From: Propionibacteriales bacterium
GTDB lineage: Bacteria; Actinomycetota; Actinomycetes; Propionibacteriales; Nocardioidaceae
Length of the DNA stretch: 64,000 bases
Direction: 5' to 3'
Assembly (NCBI GenBank): GCA_038253325.1
Contig: JBBSHE010000015.1
Coordinates: forward strand, 1,402-65,401
Part shown: piece by piece, positions 18,117 to 26,406 of the stretch
How the letters are laid out: each line of letters opens with the position of its first letter
Position numbering within the stretch: the first letter of the stretch is position 1
Position numbers and translations under genes: made by a program
Notes under the pieces: generated by a model
What the model saw: only the letters and a program-made list of their open reading frames with translations
What the model was told of the DNA's origin: nothing
Database searches by the model: none

Positions 18117-18920
18117 ATGGCGACCCGGCGTACGGCAGCGGACTATCCGTTCTTCGACAATGGTGGCCGCCCCGTCGTGTTCGCCCACCGCGGGGGCTCT
18201 CAGACCGGGTTCAACATCGAGAACACGATGCAGGCGTTCCGAAACTGCGTTGAGCTGGGATGTACGCATCTCGAGTCGGACGTCCAGGCGACCGGTGACG
18301 GACGGCTGGTGCTTTTCCACGACGCCACCCTGGACCGCATGGTGGGGCGGCCGGGTCGGATCTCCGAGCTCCCCTGGAGCGCAGTGTCCAGGCTCAAGGT
18401 ACGGGGCGTCGAGCCGATTCCACTGTTGTCGGACCTGCTGGAAGAGTGGCCGGAGGTGAAGGTCAACGTCGATGCCAAGTCGAGGTCAACGATCGAGCCG
18501 TTGGCGAAGGTGATCCGCGACCAGCGGGCATGGGACCGAATCTGCGTTGCGTCGTTCTCTCCATTGCGGATGGCCCAGCTGCGGTCGGTCCTCGGTACAC
18601 AGGTCGCTTCGGGGCTCACGCCACTCGGCGTGGCGGTGATGAAGTTCGTCGGCGTCGGGCAGCTGCGTGAGTGGCTCCTCCGTCACAGCGGGCCTGTCTT
18701 GCAGGTGCCGTTGCGCCGCGGTCCGATACCAATCCTCTCCCGGGCCTTCATCGATGACGTCCATGCCAGCCGGCGCCACGTCCACGTCTGGACGATCGAC
18801 GACCCGACCGTCATGCACCGGCTGCTCGACCTCGGCGTCGACGGCATCATGACGGATCGGGTCGACACCGCCCGAGACGTCTTCGCCGATCGCGGTATCT
18901 GGCCGGAGCCGCCGCTGTGA
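18117..18920 (+). CDS. glycerophosphodiester phosphodiesterase family protein
   Basis: The start is set at ATG 18117. It shows the GDPD signatures 'VFAHRGG', 'ENTMQAF', 'HLESDVQ' and 'VHVWTIDD'. Confidence 0.88.
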   Translation: MATRRTAADYPFFDNGGRPVVFAHRGGSQTGFNIENTMQAFRNCVELGCTHLESDVQATGDGRLVLFHDATLDRMVGRPGRISELPWSAVSRLKVRGVEPIPLLSDLLEEWPEVKVNVDAKSRSTIEPLAKVIRDQRAWDRICVASFSPLRMAQLRSVLGTQVASGLTPLGVAVMKFVGVGQLREWLLRHSGPVLQVPLRRGPIPILSRAFIDDVHASRRHVHVWTIDDPTVMHRLLDLGVDGIMTDRVDTARDVFADRGIWPEPPL

Positions 18921-20299
18921 CCCGTCCCGAACCGATCGCGGACCTGTCGGGCTCCGTCCGGCGCAGGGAACACCGCGCATGGTACTTCTACGACTGGGCC
19001 AACTCCGCGTACGTGACGACCACCGCGACGGTGCTCTTTGCCCCGTACCTGACGAGCGTCGCCGAGACGGCGTCGTGCGGGCGGGCGGGCACCACGGAAC
19101 ATCCCTGCAAGCAGGACCTGCATATCGTCGGCCTGGTGCTCTCCCCCGGTTCGCTGGTGTTCTACATCGTCACCCTCGCGACCGTGGTCTCTGCGGTCGC
19201 GTTGCCGGTGGTCGGTGCCCTCGCGGACCGCTCGAGCTCGAAACGGACGCTGATGGCCCGGTTCGCGTGGTCTGGCAGCATCGCGGCCGGCTGCATGTTC
19301 CTGGTCGCCGGCTCCGACTGGCAACTCGGGGCGGTCCTGCTCTTGTTGGCGAACCTGTGTCTCGGCGCCAGCCTGGTCGTCTACGACTCGATCCTCTGTG
19401 ACATCGCACTCCCGGACGAACGCGACCGCGTCTCGTCGCGCGGCTGGGCGCTCGGTTACCTGGGCGGCGGCCTGCTGCTCGCCGTCAATCTGGTCGTCGT
19501 CACCCTGCACGACACGTTCGGCCTTTCGAAAAGTACGTCTGTGCGGGTCTGCCTGCTCAGCGCCGCGATCTGGTGGGCGGCGTTCACGATCGTCCCGTAC
19601 CGCGGAATCCGTGACCGTCGACCTGTCGACGTGCTGGCCGAGCCGGGCGGACTGCTCCGACAGAGCTTCGGGCAGCTGTTCGCGACGCTGAGGGACCTGC
19701 GCCGCTACCCCGTGACGCTGATGTTCCTGCTCGCGTACCTGTTCTACAACGACGGGATCCAGACCGTCATCGTGAGCGCTTCGACGTACGGCGACAAACA
19801 GCTGGGCTTCGGGACGTCGGTGCTGATCGCGACGATCCTGCTGGTGCAGTTCGTCGCGTTCGGCGGCGCGTTGCTCTTCGGCAGGATCGCGGGCGCGGTC
19901 GGGAGCAAGCAGTGCATCCTGGTCGGCCTGGTCGTGTGGATGGTGGTCGTCACGATCGCCTTCTTCCTGCCGGCAAAGCAGCTGCCGGCATTCCTCGCGA
20001 TGGCGGTCCTCATCGGCGTCGTTCTGGGCGGCACCCAGGCGCTGAGCCGGTCGTTCTACAGCCAGCTGATCCCGCGTGGGCGTGAGGCGGAGTACTTCAG
20101 CCTCTACCAGGCCTGCGAGCGTGGTACGAGCTGGCTCGGGACCCTGGTCTTCGGTGTCGTTCACCAACAGACGGACTCATACCGCCCGGCGATCTTCGCG
20201 CTGATCGCTTTCTTCGCCGTCGGCCTGGCGTTGCTGGCTCGCGTCGACGCCCGTCGCGGGATCGTCGAGGCCGGCAACCAGCTTCCGACCCTGGTTTGA
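18917..20299 (+). CDS. MFS transporter (UMF1/Atg22-like family)
   Basis: 460 aa with about 12 hydrophobic segments. The N-terminal 'AWYFYDWANSAYVTTTATVLFAPYL' is typical of the UMF1 family. The GTG start overlaps the upstream stop (GTGA). Confidence 0.85.
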   Translation: MTRPEPIADLSGSVRRREHRAWYFYDWANSAYVTTTATVLFAPYLTSVAETASCGRAGTTEHPCKQDLHIVGLVLSPGSLVFYIVTLATVVSAVALPVVGALADRSSSKRTLMARFAWSGSIAAGCMFLVAGSDWQLGAVLLLLANLCLGASLVVYDSILCDIALPDERDRVSSRGWALGYLGGGLLLAVNLVVVTLHDTFGLSKSTSVRVCLLSAAIWWAAFTIVPYRGIRDRRPVDVLAEPGGLLRQSFGQLFATLRDLRRYPVTLMFLLAYLFYNDGIQTVIVSASTYGDKQLGFGTSVLIATILLVQFVAFGGALLFGRIAGAVGSKQCILVGLVVWMVVVTIAFFLPAKQLPAFLAMAVLIGVVLGGTQALSRSFYSQLIPRGREAEYFSLYQACERGTSWLGTLVFGVVHQQTDSYRPAIFALIAFFAVGLALLARVDARRGIVEAGNQLPTLV

Positions 20300-20517
20300 A
20301 CCAGTCCGAGAAGCTGGTCGCCGCGAACCTGGTTTCAGTCGGCTCCTGTGCACGTCTCAGGTTGCTCTTAGCCGAACCGGGAATGATCGAACCATTGCCG
20401 ACGTTTCGACGACGGGGCCCTGTGGAACGACCAACGTCGTTGTCGCGTCATAGGGCCGGGACAGCGACGTCCCACCCGCACGGGGCATCATCAACTACGA
20501 CAAACCGGGGAGTGCAG

Positions 20518-20910
20518 ATGGCAGAGCGAGCGACCTTGCGGGGTTCCCGCCTCGGAGGCACGAGTTTCGAAGACGAGAGCGGCATCGACTTCGCGCCGCG
20601 CCAGCACGTCACGTACGACTGCCCGCAGGGGCACCGGTTCGAGATCCCGATGGCTGACGACGCGGAGGTACCGTTCCGGTGGGAGTGCCCGCGCTGCGGA
20701 AGCCTCTCCCGTCAGGTCGACGGCGTTGAGCCACCTTCGGCGGACCACAAGGCTGTGCGCACCCACTGGGACATGCTTCTCGAACGCCGTTCGATCCCGG
20801 AACTCGAAGACATCCTGAGCGAGCGCCTCGAGCTGCTGCGCAGCGGCGAGATCGGACCCGCACATCTGCACCGGCGGCGCACGCGGAAGGCCACCAAGGC
20901 GTCTGCTTGA
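20518..20910 (+). CDS. rbpA: RNA polymerase-binding protein RbpA (zinc-binding type)
   Basis: The start is set at ATG 20518. It reads 'LRGSRLGGTSFEDESGIDFAPRQHVTYDCPQGHRFEIPMADDAEVPFRWECPRCG...RTHWDMLLERRSIPELE'. The C/H/C/C ligand pattern resembles Streptomyces RbpA. Confidence 0.93.
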   Translation: MAERATLRGSRLGGTSFEDESGIDFAPRQHVTYDCPQGHRFEIPMADDAEVPFRWECPRCGSLSRQVDGVEPPSADHKAVRTHWDMLLERRSIPELEDILSERLELLRSGEIGPAHLHRRRTRKATKASA

Positions 20911-20923
20911 ACCCCCGGCCAGC

Positions 20924-20981
20924 GTCTCGGGCAGTCAGGGTCTCGGGCGGTCAGGGTCTCGGGCGGTCAGGGTCTCGGGCC
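20924..20981. repeat. 16-bp tandem repeat x3.6 (GTCTCGGGCGGTCAGG)
   Basis: Copies lie at 20924-39, 20940-55 and 20956-71, with a partial copy at 20972-81. The repeat sits in the convergent gap between rbpA and ppm1, and the ppm1 stop codon (20967-69) lies inside a repeat unit. Confidence 0.9.
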
Positions 20982-21734
20982 GAACACGCCCCGCACTTGC
21001 CGGGCGCGTTGCCGAACGCCCCAACGGGCGACCTTCGTGATCGCCTCCCGAACGATCGCCCCGCTCATCTTCGACTCTCCGAGCTCCCGCTCGACAAACA
21101 CGATCGGAACCTCCGCGACCGGACAGCCGGCCACCAACACGCGCCACAGCATCTCGATCTGGAACGCATAGCCCTGCGACCTGATCGACCCGAGGTCGAT
21201 CGACCGCAAGACATCGGCGCGGTAGGCCCGGAAGCCAGCGGTCGCGTCCCGCTGGCGCATGCCGAGCGCCATCCGCACGTAGAGACTCCCGCCACGGGAC
21301 AGCAACCGGCGGCGCAGCGGCCAGTTCCGGGTACCACCACCCGGCATCCACCGGGTGCCGACGACGAGGCCGGCGTCCGCGGTCGCCGCCAAGATCGCCG
21401 GAAGCTGCTCCGGCTGGTGCGAACCGTCGGCATCCATCTCGACGATGACGTCGAACCCGTCGTCGAGGGCGCGGCTGAACCCCGCGCGGTACGCGGCACC
21501 GAGACCGGCCTTCTCGTCTCGGTGCAACACCGAGACCTGAGGATTGGCTGCGGCGATCCGGTCGGCGATCGCGCCCGTTCCGTCCGGTGACCCGTCGTCG
21601 ACCACCAGGACATGGACGGCCGGAACCGCTGCAATCAGCCGGCCCACGACCTCGGCGATGTTCTCGGCCTCGTTGTACGTCGGCATGACGACAACGGTCC
21701 TGGTGGCGCTCACCCCCGCGTCCGCCGGCTCCAA
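20967..21734 (-). CDS. ppm1: polyprenol-phosphate mannosyltransferase (GT2)
   Basis: 255 aa with 'VVMPTYNEAENI' and 'VLVVDDGSPDGT' (GT2 DxD context). It overlaps lnt by 25 nt, and the lnt-ppm1 linkage matches mycobacteria. Confidence 0.92.
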   Translation of the reverse strand: MEPADAGVSATRTVVVMPTYNEAENIAEVVGRLIAAVPAVHVLVVDDGSPDGTGAIADRIAAANPQVSVLHRDEKAGLGAAYRAGFSRALDDGFDVIVEMDADGSHQPEQLPAILAATADAGLVVGTRWMPGGGTRNWPLRRRLLSRGGSLYVRMALGMRQRDATAGFRAYRADVLRSIDLGSIRSQGYAFQIEMLWRVLVAGCPVAEVPIVFVERELGESKMSGAIVREAITKVARWGVRQRARQVRGVFGPRP

Positions 21735-23326
21735 GCGCCCGTCATCGCCCCCAGCACGGCCGCCAGGCCGAGCAGGCTCAGGCCGAGATCGAGCCAGCCA
21801 CCGATCCTGGTCCCCAGCGTGACTCCGTCGATGAGGGCGATCTCGCGATCGGTGATCGCGCGACTACGGGGACGGGTCTTGTCGTACACCTGGCCGTCCG
21901 GCGAGATCATGCCGCTGATGCCGTCGGTCGACGCCACCACGACCCACTTTCCGCTCTCGACCGCACGGTAGCGGGAGATGGCGAACTGCTGTTCCAACTG
22001 GCCGGTGCCTGCGTACGTCGCATTGTTGGTCTGCACGACCAGGAACTGCGCGCCCCCGGTGAACACGTCGCGTACCAGCCCGTCGTAGGCGACCTCGAAG
22101 CAGATCACGTCACCAATCGTCGCCGGGCCGAGTCCGAGCAGGCCGGGCCGTCCGCCCTGCGCGAAGTCCTTCGGGATCTGGTCGAGGCGGGTGATGAACC
22201 TGGTCAGCAGCGACCGGAAGGGGATGTACTCACCGAACGGCACCGGATGCCGTTTGACGTAGCGAGCACCGGGACCCGTTGCCGGTGACCAGACAACGCC
22301 CATGTTCTGCACGTGGTCGGCGTCCGGTCCGTCGACGACGGCGCCCACCAGGACGGGTACGCCGATGGCCCTGACCGCATCGTTGATCTGGGTGAAGGCG
22401 GCCGGGTCGGAGAACGGGTCGATGTCTGTCGAGTTCTCCGGCCAGATCACCAGGTCGGGCCGCGGCAGGGTTCCGTCGGCGACCTCCCTGGCCAGGGTCC
22501 GGGTCGCCGCCGCGTGGTTGTCCAGCACCGCCCGACGCTCGGCGAAGGCGTCGAGTCCCTGGCCCGGCACGTTGCCCTGGATCGTGGCGACCCGGACGTT
22601 ACGCACGACCGACCCGGCCGGACCGGCCGGGAGCACGGCGACGCCGACGACGAGCGCCACCAGGGTGGCGGCCAGCCCGATCCGCCTCGCCCGGGTCTGC
22701 CGCGTCACAAATGACAGCACCGACACGACGGCAGCAACCACGACGAACGACACCAGAGCTGTACCGCCGTACCGGCCGAGGACGATCAGTGACGTGTCGG
22801 TGAGTCCGAAAGCCAGCCGTCCCCATGGCAGGCCGCCGAACGGAACCGCTCCGCGTAGCGCCTCCCCGCCGACCCACAGCGCGGCGTACCACAGCGGCCT
22901 TCCCGCGAGACCCTGTACCTTCGCCCAGCCGTACCCCAGCAGGGCGTAGAAGGTCGCCTCGAGGACCCCCAGCGCGATCCACGCGTCGGGGCCGATGACG
23001 GTGATCCAGCGCATCAACGGAAGCATGAACCCGAGGCCGAACGCGAAGCCCAGCAACGCTCCACGGCGTCCCGTGACTCCCTGGACCCCGGCCGCGAAGC
23101 CGAGGATGCCGACGAGCAGCAGTGGCCACCAGTCGTACGGCGGGAAACCGAGGGCGACTCCGACACCGAAGGCGGCGGCCGGGAGAACCATCCAGCGAGA
23201 GGTGTTGGCCTCGACGAGTCGATCACGAAGTGAGGGCGGCGGGGACGCCTCCGGCGGTTCGCCGGACCGCGGCGCGGCCAGCGTCGCCGTGCTCTCCGAG
23301 CCGCTGCCGGTCGACTGTCCCGCCAT
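21710..23326 (-). CDS. lnt: apolipoprotein N-acyltransferase
   Basis: 538 aa with an N-terminal polytopic membrane domain and a C-terminal CN-hydrolase domain ('VIWPENS', 'GDVICFEVAY'). Confidence 0.92.
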   Translation of the reverse strand: MAGQSTGSGSESTATLAAPRSGEPPEASPPPSLRDRLVEANTSRWMVLPAAAFGVGVALGFPPYDWWPLLLVGILGFAAGVQGVTGRRGALLGFAFGLGFMLPLMRWITVIGPDAWIALGVLEATFYALLGYGWAKVQGLAGRPLWYAALWVGGEALRGAVPFGGLPWGRLAFGLTDTSLIVLGRYGGTALVSFVVVAAVVSVLSFVTRQTRARRIGLAATLVALVVGVAVLPAGPAGSVVRNVRVATIQGNVPGQGLDAFAERRAVLDNHAAATRTLAREVADGTLPRPDLVIWPENSTDIDPFSDPAAFTQINDAVRAIGVPVLVGAVVDGPDADHVQNMGVVWSPATGPGARYVKRHPVPFGEYIPFRSLLTRFITRLDQIPKDFAQGGRPGLLGLGPATIGDVICFEVAYDGLVRDVFTGGAQFLVVQTNNATYAGTGQLEQQFAISRYRAVESGKWVVVASTDGISGMISPDGQVYDKTRPRSRAITDREIALIDGVTLGTRIGGWLDLGLSLLGLAAVLGAMTGAWSRRTRG

Positions 23327-23695
23327 GCCGCGAGGGTACCTGCCCAGAACGCCGCAGACGGAAGGGACCCGGTTCCCTTCGGACCGAACGCGGGACGGCA
23401 GGAGGCCGTCCGCGCCGTTCGTTGTCTACTGGGATCCGGGTCCTTGTCCGGGTCTCACCCTTGGCGTTCGAGAGGCTGCGGTCGGCTTCCGGCACTACTG
23501 GGCCTGGCGTCGTCACCCAGATGCCGAACTCCGTTGGCAACCCCTCTCGCGTCATGGTCTCCTGGCGGGACACGACAGATTCCCAGCGGCCCGTCGAGCC
23601 TGTCAAGCACGACCTGACCTGCAGTGACGCGACGAAATCGCAGGTCAACGCGGCGGCAGGTTCAACCGTTATTTTTCCCTTGTTCACGGGCGTTC

Positions 23696-23717
23696 GGCGT
23701 GTTCGAAGCGACACGCC
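23696..23717 (-). terminator. stem-loop just downstream of the kam operon (candidate intrinsic terminator without a U-tract)
   Basis: GGCGTGT-TCGAAGCG-ACACGCC forms a 7-bp stem that starts 8 nt past the stop of the last operon gene (23725). No U-run follows it. Confidence 0.35.
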
Positions 23718-23724
23718 GGATAGG

Positions 23725-24108
23725 TCAGGGAACGACGACGACGCCGACCGCGGTGGTCGCAATCCGCGGCTCCGGCAGCACCCGCGCGGCCGATGTCTCC
23801 CCCTCGGATGCCGTGCGGGCGACGACCCGGAGGACGAACTCCAGGGTGCGCGAGCGGGTACCCACCCGGACCACGGTCGCTGACGCTTCGACGACGTCCC
23901 CGGCGCGTACGGGGGCGAGGAACTGGACGTCGGAGTAGGAGGCGAACAGTCCTTCGTCGCCGTCGGTACGGATACAGATTTCGGTGGCGACGTCACCGAA
24001 CAATCCGAGAACGTACGCTCCGTCGACAAGCTGGCCCGCGTAGTGCGCGTACGCGTACGGGACGTATCGTCGATGGGTAACGTTCACACCCAGGCGGCTG
24101 TCGGTCAT
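23725..24108 (-). CDS. kal: hotdog-fold protein, probable 3-aminobutyryl-CoA ammonia-lyase (Kal-like)
   Basis: 127 aa reading 'YAHYAGQLVDGAYVLGLFGDVATEICIRTDGDEGLFASYSDVQFLAPVRAGDVV'. As I recall them, this resembles the small hotdog proteins encoded in lysine-fermentation operons. A 4-nt overlap links it to kamE. Confidence 0.6.
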   Translation of the reverse strand: MTDSRLGVNVTHRRYVPYAYAHYAGQLVDGAYVLGLFGDVATEICIRTDGDEGLFASYSDVQFLAPVRAGDVVEASATVVRVGTRSRTLEFVLRVVARTASEGETSAARVLPEPRIATTAVGVVVVP

Positions 24109-24851
24109 CGGTTCTCCTTCGTGGACATCGCGTGGACCAAGAAACTCGCCACCTCTCCGGGCGTCGTTCCCCGGCTGAACACCCGGTCGACCCCGAGTGA
24201 CGTTGCCTGTGCCTCGGCGAAGCGCGGTCCGCCGACGATCAGGAGCGGACGCCGGTGTACCGGAAAGGCTTCGCGGAACGCGGCTGACATCTCCCGGGTG
24301 TTGAGGATGTGGGCGTCTCGCTGCGTGACGACCTGCGAGACCAACACCGCGTCGGCGTGCTCGTCAGCGGCACGCGCGACCAGCTGCGGGACGGACACCT
24401 GCGCGCCGAGGTTCACCACCCGCAGCTCACGGTAGTACTCGAGGCCCTTCTCCCCCGCGAATCCCTTGATGTTGAGGATCGCATCGATTCCCACGGTGTG
24501 CGCGTCCGTCCCGATGCATCCTCCGACAATCACCAGCCGTCGACGCAGCCGTTTCCTGACCGCGGCATTGACCTCCTTCGGAGTCAGCAGCGGATAGTCG
24601 CGTTCGACGACCTCGACCTTGTCGAGATCGACCAGATGGTTGACCGTTCCGTAGACGACGAAGAATGTGTGGTCCGGGCCCATCGCCTTTGCGTGCGCCA
24701 CCAGGGCAGGGTCGATCCCCATCTTGTTCGCCAGCTGTGCCGCCGCCCCCTCGGCGCGTTTGTCGTGCGCCAGCGGCAGCGTGAACGACACCTGCACCAT
24801 GCCGTCGCCCGTGGTGTCGCCGTACGGCCGGATGATCTTCGGGTCAGCCAT
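24105..24851 (-). CDS. kamE: lysine 5,6-aminomutase beta subunit (B12-binding)
   Basis: The start is set at ATG 24851 ('MADPKIIRPYGDTTGDGMVQVSFTLP'). The cobalamin-binding DxHxxG motif appears as 'GTDAHTVGID'. It overlaps the kamD stop by 8 nt. Confidence 0.9.
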   Translation of the reverse strand: MADPKIIRPYGDTTGDGMVQVSFTLPLAHDKRAEGAAAQLANKMGIDPALVAHAKAMGPDHTFFVVYGTVNHLVDLDKVEVVERDYPLLTPKEVNAAVRKRLRRRLVIVGGCIGTDAHTVGIDAILNIKGFAGEKGLEYYRELRVVNLGAQVSVPQLVARAADEHADAVLVSQVVTQRDAHILNTREMSAAFREAFPVHRRPLLIVGGPRFAEAQATSLGVDRVFSRGTTPGEVASFLVHAMSTKENR

Positions 24852-26406
24852 CGAGCACCTCGGTGGCCGGATTGAAGTACGCGTCCGCCTTGCGAGCGAC
24901 GCCCTCCAGCCCACGTCCTTGGTCTGCCGGCCGTTTCATCAGGCCGAACGTCCCGTCGGCGATCGCGCCGAGGAGCCCTGTGTCGTGAGCCAGGATCTGC
25001 TCGAACAGGTCGATCGACTCACCCAGGACCTGCCGGGCACGGCGGGCGATGAAACCATCCAGCGGTGGGTGGAAGTCCTCGGTGAGGTTTCCGGCCGCCT
25101 GCATGACGTAGCGGACGTTCTGCAGCGCCAAGTCCCGATCGGAGAGCCACGGCGTCACCACGGCCTCGGTCATCATCCCGACCAGCAAGATTCCCTGCCC
25201 GGTGAGTGCCCCGGCGAGGTTGAAGAATCCGTCGAGGAGGTAGCCGCGGAAGACGTCACCGGTCATGTGCCGGGTCGGCGGCATCCACTTCAGCGGCGCC
25301 TTCGGGAACAGCTCCCGGGCCAGCAGCGCGTGTGCCAGCTCGATCCGGAAGCTGTCCGGGACGTCCGGGTCGACCTCGAACGCGTGGCCCAGACCGAGCT
25401 GCCAGTCCGCGAGACCCGCCTCCTTGGCGAAGTACTCGTTCAGCAGCTGGCTCACGGTGACGGTGTGGGCCGCCTCAACGGCGTCGGCGGTTGTCAGGTA
25501 GTTGTCCTCGCCGGTGTTGATGATGATCCCGGCGCGGGCGTGGATCTGCCGGCTGAACCGCTGGTCGACGAACGTACGCACCGGGTTGATGTCACGGAAC
25601 AAAATCCCGTACATCGAGTCGTTGAGCATCATGTCGAGCCGCTCGAGTCCGGCGAGTGTCGCGATCTCCGGCATGCACAGGCCCGACGCGTAGTTCGTCA
25701 GGCGTACGTACCGGCCGAGCTCGGCGCTGACGTCGTCAAGCGCCGCGCGCATCAGCCGGAAATTCTCCTGGGTCGCGTACGTTCCGGCGAAACCTTCCCG
25801 GGTCGCTCCCTCGGGCACGTAGTCGAGCAACGACTGGCCGGTCGACCGGATCACCGCGATCACGTCGGCGCCCCCGCGGGCTGCGGCGGTCGCCTGCGGG
25901 ATGTCCTCGTAGATGTCTCCGGTCGCGACGATGAGGTAGATCCAGGGCTTGCGGGGAGGATCGCCCCATCGACGCACCAGCCGGACGCGTTCGCGCCTCC
26001 GCAGCTCGATGCGTCGAAGTCCCGCCCGGACCGCGCTGCGGGCGGCTGACCGGGCCCGGACCAGGTCGCGACCCCCCGGCACCCGGAAGCGCAGGTCGCC
26101 GATCGCCGCCTTCCGGGCGAGCTCGCTCAGGTCGCCCGCCTGGCCCCGGGCAAGTGCGTCCCAGACCGGCAGCGCGACCCCGTGTTCGATTCCGACGTCG
26201 GCCCGTACGGCGTCCAGCAGCCGATTGACCCACGGCGTCCCGTCCGGGTCGGCGCCCGACAACCCGGCCAGCCGCAGGACGGCCCGCTCGACCGAGACCG
26301 TGGTGTGCTCGCGGGCCATCCCCACGATCGGCCGTCCAGCCTTGAGCGCCAGCCGGCGAGCCCTGGCGACGAGCCGCGGGTCGAGGTCGAGGAGCCGGAC
26401 GGTCAT
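24844..26406 (-). CDS. kamD: lysine 5,6-aminomutase alpha subunit
   Basis: 520 aa TIM-barrel-type large subunit, with 'IYLIVATGDIYEDIPQATAAARGGADVIAVIRSTGQSLLDYVPEG'. It is positioned directly upstream of kamE. Confidence 0.85.
   Translation of the reverse strand: MTVRLLDLDPRLVARARRLALKAGRPIVGMAREHTTVSVERAVLRLAGLSGADPDGTPWVNRLLDAVRADVGIEHGVALPVWDALARGQAGDLSELARKAAIGDLRFRVPGGRDLVRARSAARSAVRAGLRRIELRRRERVRLVRRWGDPPRKPWIYLIVATGDIYEDIPQATAAARGGADVIAVIRSTGQSLLDYVPEGATREGFAGTYATQENFRLMRAALDDVSAELGRYVRLTNYASGLCMPEIATLAGLERLDMMLNDSMYGILFRDINPVRTFVDQRFSRQIHARAGIIINTGEDNYLTTADAVEAAHTVTVSQLLNEYFAKEAGLADWQLGLGHAFEVDPDVPDSFRIELAHALLARELFPKAPLKWMPPTRHMTGDVFRGYLLDGFFNLAGALTGQGILLVGMMTEAVVTPWLSDRDLALQNVRYVMQAAGNLTEDFHPPLDGFIARRARQVLGESIDLFEQILAHDTGLLGAIADGTFGLMKRPADQGRGLEGVARKADAYFNPATEVLDG

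Noticed and set aside
20787-20801. SOS-box-like palindrome TCGAAC-GCC-GTTCGA.
   Set aside because: It lies inside the rbpA coding sequence (encoding 'LERRSI'). It has a 3-nt spacer, whereas the actinobacterial LexA consensus has a 4-nt spacer.
23540-23620. Cobalamin-riboswitch-like fragments on the minus strand ('GGGAAUCUGUCGUGUCCCGCCAGGAGACC'), next to the B12-dependent kamDE operon.
   Set aside because: The P3-type 'CCGGUG..AAUCCGG' hairpin and a full B12 box are missing. The element lies downstream of the kam operon rather than in its leader, and upstream of lnt, which has no B12 logic.
23590-23640. SRP-RNA-like string 'CAGGUCAGGUC' on the minus strand.
   Set aside because: The conserved 'CGGAAGGAAGCAGCC' continuation of domain IV is absent. 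It is only a short chance match.
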